A DNA stretch of 64,000 bases from contig BROI01000003.1 in assembly GCA_027923505.1 (NCBI GenBank), positions 620,001 through 684,000 on the forward strand, written 5' to 3'. Position numbers and translations under genes: made by a program. This document shows, in pieces, positions 51,177-60,615 of this stretch (its first letter is position 1; each line of letters opens with the position of its first letter). Under the pieces are notes generated by a model. The model made no database searches and was not told the origin of the DNA. It saw only the letters and a list, made by a program, of their open reading frames with translations. This DNA is from Mayamaea pseudoterrestris. Its lineage: Eukaryota.

Positions 51177-51601
51177 TTGTGGCCAGTTGCACAGAGTAGT
51201 GAGGCAGCATGCGACAGCGAAAATAAAAATGGAGGTCAATGATCCGCGAGTCGCGGTACGATACCAAGCTATCATACTCGTAAAAGCCACCACTGCAAGT
51301 TTGGATTTCATACCAAACAAATACCCCCATGCCCTGGCCACTCAACAACCTAATGAGTCAGGCAAAACCTGTCCAAGTGTGCCTCTGACATGTGCAAAGT
51401 CTCAAATGGTGCAAAAAGGACTGCCTGGAAGCCTACACCAGAGGTGCGGCCTACCTTGACCTGAACGTACCGGAACAACGAACGTGAACATTTCATGCAA
51501 CTAGCTAAAGTTGAATAGAAGTCCTTCTTTCAATAAACTATTTAATCACAATTGCGCAATCATCAAGTTTATTGTCAAACCGAAGGCTCCCGATTTGTAA
51601 C

Positions 51602-53575
51602 TCAAGCATGCGACTGTCTAGGTGCTTCCGGTAACAATCGATGATAGACGAATGATGCAATGTAGATGTCCCATATACTTCTCCAAAGCCATTTGTGGGA
51701 ATACGAGAAAGAAGAGCGCTCTTTATGTTTGGCGCCGCCTCCCTTCTCCTCTCACCGGTTTAAACAAAATCCCGCGTCCGACAAGAGTTGCAGGACTGCA
51801 TACGAGGCGAGAAGGCGTCGAACTTTTTCTTGGCCATTGAACAAGGTTGCCACGAAACTGTCGGTAGCGTCTTGATATACCTGAAACATATAGTCAATCT
51901 TTACTTGCATGCCTTTCTCAAGTTCCAGCCGGCCATCTTTAGCAATGTGGAAGCGGTGCACCCAGCCAGTCCCTCCCGCCTTTTCCGAATTATCTTCCAT
52001 CCCGTAAACGTGGAAAATGGACATTAGAAACTTCGTCAGAAAGGCAGGTTGAGGAATGAGCTTAGGCTCGCCCAAGTCGAACAATTCCAGACCCCGATCA
52101 TCCGAAATAAAGCAATTATGAAGCCCCGCATCTGTAAGACCGCACGTCCAAATACATTCTGTTGCAGCTGGAACATCATCCAAAGCAGCGGCGTACTCAA
52201 TAACAGTCAGCCAATGATCTTCGGCGATATCCAGGGCGCAACATTGACCTGGAGGCGGCTCAACAAAGACGCGACCAATATCAGAACCCCGCTCAAGCAT
52301 GAGTCCCAGCAACCGAGCAGGCGGAACCTCATCATCACTCAAAAACAGATTATCAGCTTTTTCTCGAAAGAGTTTGCCGTACTTGCGAAGTTTTATAAAC
52401 CGCCCTTCACGCGGATGATAATTTTTGAGGATGCAACCACCAACGTAAGCGTCCAATTCCTTCGAAACCGTAGTCACATCCATGCTCTCACGGATCCCCG
52501 AAAGTTCCGTGCGTAACTCATGCAAGATATGGCGCTCGTGATCATTCGTAACTTCTTTCAAACTCTGCATGACTTTGGTGAACTCCTTGATTAAAGTTTT
52601 CAGTAACGGTCCCTTTAGCCGACCCGACGTCATGACGACTGCACCATTCTCGGAAGTTGGACCACCGATTGTCTTTTGCGCAAGAGTAACTTTCCATCGG
52701 TTTTTATGTTGCTGCATAGAAAACTCTTTGGCAAAGGCATCGAGAAAGCTGACTCCATGACGAACAGAGCCGTCCTTACGCAGCCCGGGGACACAAATGT
52801 CCACGCAGCCATTGGCGATGATAAATGCTGGTACTGTTGTTTCGCAACTTTCTGGAATTGGCCGGATAAGTAAAGATCGAAGCTTTGATTTATCAGCAGA
52901 CAAAGAGAGCCTTGGTTCCAATTCCGGAAAGCTCAAACCACCATACTTGCTTTCGGCCAGCCGCAAAACAGGTGCATCCCCTGCCACATTCGTCGAACCC
53001 ACGTCGTTGTCGTCGTTTGTATCCGAAGACAGTGAGGTCGTCGACTCGGTTGATGCTAGAGATGCGTTACTCGGTGCACTTGACAGTCTGGATAAGTGAG
53101 TAATCAGATAGCGTAGATTCTTTCTAATTGTCATCCACCTTTCCTTCTTTCGATCTCTCAGGTGAACAGGTGACAGGTAGGCATATTGAAACTCTGGAAT
53201 GCGCTGTTTCAAAAATGCCGATGCATCAGGAGCGAACGATCGTCTCTGAATCAGTTCATCAGCGATTTTGACAAGCGAAAACACTTCGAGCGTATCCTTG
53301 GGACCGGCATGTTTAAGAACCAAGCTGCCGAATTGAGGATCTTGGCCCGAAAAGACTGCAGTTCCGCTGCCTCCTCCTTTCAAGAGATCAACGTCGGTCA
53401 AGCCAGCAGGCGCATAACAGTTTGGATGTATATTTGGAAAATGGGCATCCACAGCTGTTTCAATGTGCACCGAGGCATCCCCTTCCAAAACTATGAGAAT
53501 GCCATTATCTACAGGAATATGGATGCATCCATCGTCTGCTAAATATTTTGTAATTGATCTTCGTTCTGGATGCAT
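51602..53575 (-). CDS. Atypical protein-kinase-like protein; in-frame TGA at 51752-51754 with 49 open codons after it
   Basis: GGGSGTAVF..LVLKH..E; DAGLHN..LFDLGE; frame continues EEKGGG..KWLWRSIWDIYIA to the stop at 51602-51604. Confidence 0.6.
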
Positions 53576-53981
53576 GGTAGGCGAATGGAATGCGAGACTG
53601 GAGGTGCTTGTTGGAGCGTCATTTTGAATCGTCCTCCATCGTCAACAACTGCTCGATTCGCGCTCGCCTAATTATTGTGTCGTAGCGGTTAACCAATGTT
53701 CACTAGGGTTAAGGATCCTCGTGACGTTCACCGCGATCTTGCCCTTCAACCTCGCCTCGTCGCCGCCGGCTGCGGTCGAGCATTCGCCTTGTTGCACGGC
53801 AAGGTGAGTTCACCATGGCGGCTGGACGATGCGAAGATGCTGTTTTTGAACAAACACTAGCATAGTGTCTGGAAACTAGCTGGCTGCCGCCGGCTCGCCC
53901 GATTTTATCTGTCAATCCACTAACATTACGCTCCTTTAACACTTCGTCCCCTTACCACAGTTGACCAATCGAACTGACAGT

Positions 53982-54386
53982 ATGAGCAAGCTAAGCCTTA
54001 TTGTTATTTGCCTCGTCGTGGCGTTGTCACAGGCGTTTGTGACACCGATCCCCCAAATGAAGGTTGCGCCGGCATTCGTCACGAAGCAGCAAGAATCCAC
54101 CGCCTTGTTCGCGGAGGATACTTACTGGGAAGGCGAGTACCCACCATCAAAGGTTCTTGGTCCAATCATGTCCAAGATGCCGTCGGGAGTCCTCGGAGTA
54201 CTTTCCTTGTGCTTTCTATCACTATGTGCCATTGGAGTGTACGAGTCGGGTCAATTGGTGCGCGAACCTGGTGCATTGGAAAACGGATCATGGGTGCACT
54301 GGGATCTTGTTCTTGCTAGCTTCGGAGGTCCATTGGCGTGGGGCACACATGTTGCGGCCTGGATTCAGCGAAAGAATGGAATGTAA
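53982..54386 (+). CDS. psaR: Photosystem I subunit PsaR (Psa28)-like, plastid-targeted
   Basis: Presequence SQA-FV; YWEGEYPPSKVLG and WGTHVAAWIQRKNG motifs (recalled, not searched); two TM helices. Confidence 0.75.
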   Translation: MSKLSLIVICLVVALSQAFVTPIPQMKVAPAFVTKQQESTALFAEDTYWEGEYPPSKVLGPIMSKMPSGVLGVLSLCFLSLCAIGVYESGQLVREPGALENGSWVHWDLVLASFGGPLAWGTHVAAWIQRKNGM

Positions 54387-55069
54387 ATTGTTCAAGACAA
54401 CAGATGGACTCAGACTAAAGAATTAATTACTTGAAGCAATCAATTAGTTTACTTCGTTGACGTCGACTGTTGTCCCAACTCCACATCGCTAGAAAGTGAT
54501 TGATTGAGAATAAGCACCAATCTGCTCGTATTGGTGTGCTAACAACAAAGAGATTTGGCATCAGCATTTCTTGACAAGAAAGAAGCACTCGCGACGTCGC
54601 AGGCGTTCCTACTCATTTGGCAGTCGTTCCATTCTCCCAGCAAGTGCTGCTTTCACAGTTCACAGTCTTACAATGTATTCTGGTCGCAAAAAGCCGTCCT
54701 TGCCGCAGAAGCCAGTTGCATTGCTTTCGTTAGAAACGACTTTGTGTTCCGCGCAAGCATTTCGTTTAAAGAGGTTCCCGCGGAGCACAAACTTGCATTC
54801 ATAAACGACCGGATCAAATTCTCATGGCCTTTGGAACAGCTATTATGATGCCGCTACTTATGCGACATAGATATTATCACTCGGATGTTAGCTGAGGTGC
54901 GATGCGGTCCGACATCGTGGGTTGTCTTCGTTTAAAATACACGCTGTCCAAGACTATCGTCATTTTTCCATCGAAGATTGAGCAGCTCTTCGCTGCTTCC
55001 ACAACCTCATCATAAATCGCGTCTTTTGGTCAGCTTGTAAAACGATCACCTACAACATCAACCAAAATC

Positions 55070-55711
55070 ATGCTCATCTCTTTCGCTCTTTTCTCGTTGG
55101 CTTTCCTCTCGACCTGGTCGCCATCCAAAGCTCTCCCTCATCAAGGCAGCGAGACCGTTGGCGCAGGCCCACTTAAAAGTCCTCTTGATAATCCCGCGAA
55201 GGAGACTCTCCAGCAGTAAGTTGCTGCCACGGTATAGTCGAGATGGAAAAATGGAATCTGTTGCCTGACGCCTTGCTCTTGTCGCTTCTAAAGCATGTTT
55301 CGTGAGTTTTTTCATGTCGATCTCAATCTCTCCATGGGCATTGATGGGCAGCTCTCCAAGGCTGAGTCTCAGCAATTGCAGTCGAGCATGTCATATGCGT
55401 ACGCTCTCAGCATGAGCCACAATGAGCCGGACGGCCTGGATGTCTCGACTCCCCTCCTGTTGACGTATGCTCCCACGCCAGCAGCTGTTGCCAATGAACC
55501 CAAGACGGCGGCGATGCAGAGCGGAACCAGTGATGAAGCCTCGTTGGGAGGCACGCGCAACATGACTCCAGGAGCCATTGCAAGCCTGACGCTGCTCGTT
55601 GCGAGTGCATTGGTTGTCGCGGGAGTTCTTATTCACCGCCACCGCCCACGTGGATCGCATGCGTCATCAAGCACGTCCGGAGAGACGGATATTATTGGAG
55701 CGGAAGCTTAG
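55070..55711 (+). CDS. Small type-I membrane protein (intron 55216-55293)
   Basis: Signal peptide MLISFALFSLAFLS; in-frame splice; SMSY motif; single TM helix followed by HRHRPR. Confidence 0.68.
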
Positions 55712-56053
55712 AAAAGAATTTCTTTGGATGGGGTGACTTGTGGAAAGATGTCAAGGATGTTTTGTCGCCCGGGTTAGCATGTGTAGTTTGTTTAACTGAA
55801 TAGAGAAGTGGTTGTTGGTTAAAAAGAGAGCTTCTGCTTTTTATTAGCAGCTCAGCTTATGAAAGTGCTTTACTCGTTGTCCCACAGTGGCGGGCAAAGC
55901 ATGACTACGAGTATGGTATGTTTTGGCGATGGCGAGGTAGTATTTTTGGTGGCGAGAATTTCTGTCACGTGAAGCGGCACTAAAAAGACGCATTTTTGAT
56001 TTTCTTTCGAAATGAATCACCAACTTTCCCACACTTGAAATTACTTGAGGACA

Positions 56054-57385
56054 ATGTGGTTGGTGAGAAACCTTGCCATCTCGCTGTATCTTCGTCAAGT
56101 AGGAGTATTCAACAGAGCATTCGGATTGACTCCCCCGATCATGCCAAAAACGAGGCGCGCCAAGACTCTACCAGCAGCCGCCATTTCCAAGGAACAATCA
56201 GACGTGATTGTCGGCACTCCACCCAAACGCCGACGGGTTGGCAAAGCATGCGGGAATAGCAGCAGCGCTGCTGTCACGCCTTCTCCAAACGCTAAAAAGT
56301 CGCTAGTGAGAGACGACAATAATAGTACACGAACTGATCTTCCTATATTGTTTCGACTTGACGATCTCGTTCAAGGAACTCTTGTCGCCCGACCCTCCAG
56401 GCGCAATAAGAGTCCATGGGTGGCCGACGTCTTTCTAGAGGACGAGCAGCGCGAAGCATTGGTACATGTGCCAAGTCTTGACATGTGTGGAAAATGTGTA
56501 CCAGGAGCTACTATTTTGGTCAAGCCTGCGAAAACATCGAATGGAAAATTAGTCGGCGCTGATGCTCTGAGTCCAAAGTATGGAACACCAAAGTGTGAAT
56601 TTACGTCGCAGTTGCTTCTCGTTGACGACAAGGTAGTCGTTAATGATGATGATGATGTTGAGGCTGCATCAGCCGCAATATGGCCTTCGAATGCTTACTC
56701 GCCAACATGGGTCGGCGCTCACCCATCCATTGGCGAACGCGTCACCGAGGAGTGGTTGAGAAAGGGTCTCATTTTGCAGGAGCTACCGCCGATCACCAGC
56801 ATACAGAAGCAGTTTACGCTTGTTTGCGATGACGGAACATCAATGCGACCTGACTTCATGACGACTCACGAGGACGGCACCAAGTGTTTGATTGAAGTAA
56901 AAACGGTGGTTGACACAGACTACCGCTGCTTGGACGATGTTCCTCTTGCCGTCAAGGGCAAGTTTCGAAAGAACCTTGTCTCGGCAGTCAGTCCGACATA
57001 TATACGGACGGCGCTTTTTCCAAGTGGCGGCGGCAAGCAAAAGGGCCCTGACGGCGAGAATGTTGTTTCAAGCCGTGCCATTAAGCATGTTCAAGAGCTA
57101 ACTCAAATTGTGCAACGCTCAAAGGCAGGCGAGCACTTGTCGGGTGACGATGTAGATGGGGAGGCTACCAAGTACGAGGCGCTGATTGTCTTTTGTGTCG
57201 TTCGAGGCGATGCCGAAGTTTTCCGACCGAATCACGTCGCGTGCCCTTCGTTTGCAAAGTATTTGAAAGTAGCCAAGGAGCAAGGTGTACGCCTACTAGC
57301 CAAACGGACTTGCTGGGATGAGTCTGGAGCATGCTATAGTGACAAGGATCTTCCAATCGAATGGCCTGAAAGTTTGTCAGAATAG
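56054..57385 (+). CDS. SfsA-like (sugar fermentation stimulation) PD-(D/E)XK nuclease-fold protein
   Basis: OB-like N domain RPS..ADV..VHVP; RPDF..LIEVK; ALFP..SSRAIKHVQEL; FRPN..FAKYLKVAKEQGV. Confidence 0.85.
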   Translation: MWLVRNLAISLYLRQVGVFNRAFGLTPPIMPKTRRAKTLPAAAISKEQSDVIVGTPPKRRRVGKACGNSSSAAVTPSPNAKKSLVRDDNNSTRTDLPILFRLDDLVQGTLVARPSRRNKSPWVADVFLEDEQREALVHVPSLDMCGKCVPGATILVKPAKTSNGKLVGADALSPKYGTPKCEFTSQLLLVDDKVVVNDDDDVEAASAAIWPSNAYSPTWVGAHPSIGERVTEEWLRKGLILQELPPITSIQKQFTLVCDDGTSMRPDFMTTHEDGTKCLIEVKTVVDTDYRCLDDVPLAVKGKFRKNLVSAVSPTYIRTALFPSGGGKQKGPDGENVVSSRAIKHVQELTQIVQRSKAGEHLSGDDVDGEATKYEALIVFCVVRGDAEVFRPNHVACPSFAKYLKVAKEQGVRLLAKRTCWDESGACYSDKDLPIEWPESLSE

Positions 57386-57701
57386 AACTGTAAAGAATCG
57401 TTTTGGATTACCGGCAACGGTGTTGCGTCAAAGATGTGCGCCATCTCTTTCCTATACCGGTAGCACGATCATGTATGAGTAGCATTTTGCAACTACGCAT
57501 CGACGTTCGTTAGCCGTCGTCGCATAGCTGAATCCATGGTTGCAATAACCGGTCAGACATGCGTGACAGCCACGAAAGTTGCCGACGGAGGAACGATGAC
57601 CATTATCAAGATGTTACCACAATCGAGGTTCTATACTTCATATCGAACCATTCAAGCAACCTTAAACATTACTGGACTTCCTTAAGCGTCCAGACAACAC
57701 C

Positions 57702-60185
57702 ATGAGCTCAAAAGCAGATAAAAGTCCTGTGCCATGCAAGTGTCAGGGATGCGACATTCAATTTCCGTCACGCAACGCCGTCTTCACCCACTTGGTGCAA
57801 ACAAATGGCGCATGCTTGGATCCAGAGGAGTACATCAATTTTCGCAAGTACGTTCTGGCAAATAGAAAACGCCAAAAGGTCATGATTCTGTATGGCTACA
57901 TTCCCGACAAGGCAGATATTTGCAACGGTGACGATGCCGCATTGATCTTGCTCAAGACTTTGGCAGGCATGTACGACGAGGAAGACGAAATGACGGAGCA
58001 GCAGCAGAGCGACTCTCTTCGCATAAATCGTTCCTACGGCAGATCAGGTCGCTCCTCGGCATTGCTGGAACAGGATGAAGGAACCGGAGCAATTACGGAA
58101 GTATTGGCGACGCGACTTCCAGTCGAATCAAACATCGAATCGGTGAAAGACTGGCTTAAGCAGGTCAATGAAAGAGTTTCAACAAGTTTAAAGGGATCAT
58201 CATCACAACTTCGTGTCTTTGGCAAGATTGATGTCCCATCAGCTTTTAACGCGGAAGTGGATGTTGGGCACCGGAGGATAGAATGCTTGTTTCCCGTCGA
58301 CCTCCTCGTCAATTTTGATGAGGCGCAGTCTTTCAACTTGATAGAGTTTTTTGAACGGTTTCCCTCGCTTTTCGATGGAGCATTGCGTATTGATCAGATT
58401 TATTCGAGATCGGATAAGCATGAAACGAATGCGGATGCATCGACAGCTCAAAGTAATGCGCTAGACCAGGACACTGTCACTTACTTACATGGGCTAAAAA
58501 AGACAATGCAATCACTGACTACCCACATTGTAGAGCGCAAGAAAGAGCATGTAGCAAACAAAACTGAAAAATCATTGGGTGGAAAGCGCATTCGAGAGAA
58601 ACAGAATGGGAACAGGAAGCCGAACACAAAACTAAGTGCACACGACACATTTGCGAGCGACGCAGGTGAGGTAGTTGCCAATGGAACGTCTGATACAGCA
58701 ACTGTCACCGGCAAGATAAGAGGAAATGGGAGAGACAAGGAGAGAAGCAAAAATAAGAATAAGACTACTGACGAATCAAGCAAATTTCTTTTGGAACGAA
58801 AAAGATATCACAACTTTACGCCACTCGCCATGGCACACGAGTATCTATGCCTGCGTCGCCTGGACAGATTTTACCATAGGGCGACGCTTCGCTTTGATAC
58901 AACGCAACATCCTCCTCGTGTCATAACGCCAGAAGAAAACAAGAGAAACATTCGGCCGTTTCTTGTCCTTTCGCTAACGGCAGACGTCTTTCTGCACGGC
59001 CAAGCTCCACGGGTTTTTGGCCTGTTTGTTGCGTTGGCGCGAGGGTTGATTGATAAGGACATTGTGGAGTGCGTCTTTGATGAGCACTACCCACATTTAG
59101 TGCCCACGCCCCCTTTACCAGTCTTTGCCATGTATGCTGGCGAAGCTGCGTACACAAAGTGGGAAGGGAAGATGCAGACTGTGCTTAGCCCTCGTCGACA
59201 GAACATTTTTGACAAGGGCTGGAACGACTCGGATACCGTCAATGCCGTTGAGGAATGGACCATGAAACTCCGTCAGCACACAGCGACTCTATGGTATCAG
59301 AATGGGGTGGATGCTGGTGGCCGACTCGTTGCTGAAAAGAAATGGACCGGCGACGTCTTGATGCCATGGGTTGAACGTGCGCGAAAACAGTTGGAGCATT
59401 ATCGTGATTGGAAAAGCGCGCGCGCGGCAGTATCAAACGATGAGCTAGTTGTAGATACGACTGCTTCGGAAGCTATCCTCTCTTTGGGTATGACAGATTT
59501 GCCGCCACTAGCTGGTGTGAGCCCTGAAGTTCCTGCCATGTTTGAAAGGGTGTTGCACCTTCTTCGCCAAGCGGACGCGAGTGGGTTGTGGCCTTCAACA
59601 AGTGCCAAGCGACAATTAGTTATGGTTTCGACTCTGGCGGGCGATTCAAATGGGACAGATTCAAGCGCCTTGCACTCAAAAATGTCACTTAGTGAACAGT
59701 GCATACGAGTCAAGAACACGGTGCGCCGAGAGGAATCATCGGCTTATGTCTACGATGAAGGCCAAGGTGGTGCGTCGGGGAGCTTTTCAGTTGGTGCCAT
59801 GCCTGGAGACTCTTGTTCTCAGCCAAAAGGCAATACTTTGTTTCCGGAGCTAATGAAGGCTGCCTTTGAGCTGGAGATTGCACTTTGTCCCGATCGAGAG
59901 CCGTCGTCAACTATTGCCATAAACCGCAACGCGCAGTTTCGTCCTCACACCGACTCTGGCGCCGGTGCTGGTCAAAGCACAAGCTTGATTGCGGGTCTTG
60001 GATGTTATAGCGGCGGTGAGCTTGTCGTGGAAGGTGAGCAGCATGACATTCGTTACAAGACGCTGGAGTTCAATGGCTGGAAACAACGTCACTGGACGAT
60101 GCCGTTCGCGGGAGAGCGGTTCAGTTTGGTTTGGTTTACTCCCAAAGGCTGTGAAGGTGTTCATGGCATAGATCTATGCGCCTAG
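57702..60185 (+). CDS. Fusion protein: zinc finger + TruA-like pseudouridine synthase + 2OG-Fe(II) dioxygenase
   Basis: CxxC..F.SRN..F.HL; ILYGY, QDEGTGA, LRVFG, FNAE, YHNFT, FLHGQ; C-terminal PHTD..GGEL..RHW..RFSLV. Confidence 0.75.
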   Translation: MSSKADKSPVPCKCQGCDIQFPSRNAVFTHLVQTNGACLDPEEYINFRKYVLANRKRQKVMILYGYIPDKADICNGDDAALILLKTLAGMYDEEDEMTEQQQSDSLRINRSYGRSGRSSALLEQDEGTGAITEVLATRLPVESNIESVKDWLKQVNERVSTSLKGSSSQLRVFGKIDVPSAFNAEVDVGHRRIECLFPVDLLVNFDEAQSFNLIEFFERFPSLFDGALRIDQIYSRSDKHETNADASTAQSNALDQDTVTYLHGLKKTMQSLTTHIVERKKEHVANKTEKSLGGKRIREKQNGNRKPNTKLSAHDTFASDAGEVVANGTSDTATVTGKIRGNGRDKERSKNKNKTTDESSKFLLERKRYHNFTPLAMAHEYLCLRRLDRFYHRATLRFDTTQHPPRVITPEENKRNIRPFLVLSLTADVFLHGQAPRVFGLFVALARGLIDKDIVECVFDEHYPHLVPTPPLPVFAMYAGEAAYTKWEGKMQTVLSPRRQNIFDKGWNDSDTVNAVEEWTMKLRQHTATLWYQNGVDAGGRLVAEKKWTGDVLMPWVERARKQLEHYRDWKSARAAVSNDELVVDTTASEAILSLGMTDLPPLAGVSPEVPAMFERVLHLLRQADASGLWPSTSAKRQLVMVSTLAGDSNGTDSSALHSKMSLSEQCIRVKNTVRREESSAYVYDEGQGGASGSFSVGAMPGDSCSQPKGNTLFPELMKAAFELEIALCPDREPSSTIAINRNAQFRPHTDSGAGAGQSTSLIAGLGCYSGGELVVEGEQHDIRYKTLEFNGWKQRHWTMPFAGERFSLVWFTPKGCEGVHGIDLCA

Positions 60186-60282
60186 ATATGTTTTCCTATC
60201 GTCTATCTCGACTTATAGCATGCATCGTTGCGCCTTAGATATGTTTCGTTCTATGTCTATCTCGACTAATAGCATGCGTCGT
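60178..60282. repeat. Imperfect 53-bp tandem duplication spanning the stop codon and 3' UTR
   Basis: TAGATATGTTT..GTCTATCTCGACT.ATAGCATGC.TCGT at 60183 and 60236. Confidence 0.85.
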
Positions 60283-60615
60283 CCCTTTCGCTTGCTGCCT
60301 GACGCGTACCTATAGAATTCGTCGTAACGGTACTGCTCAACCGATGTGACACGATTGACTTTTTCGCGACCATGACAAAGTTATTGCCGAATCTGTGCTA
60401 CAGATAACCAAATTAGGCGACCATGAACGGAAAAAAGCAACGATCGAAGGTTCTAGTGACGACAGCTATGGTGTTCGGCGACGAAGTGCTGCTACTTTGG
60501 GCTTTAACGGGCCCACATGTTGGCGTCAAAGCAGCGTGAGGTAAACAATCAACGACACCTCCTCCTTTTCCACGTAAATTCTGGATAGCACTGGCTCGTT
60601 GAGAAGTAGACTAAG

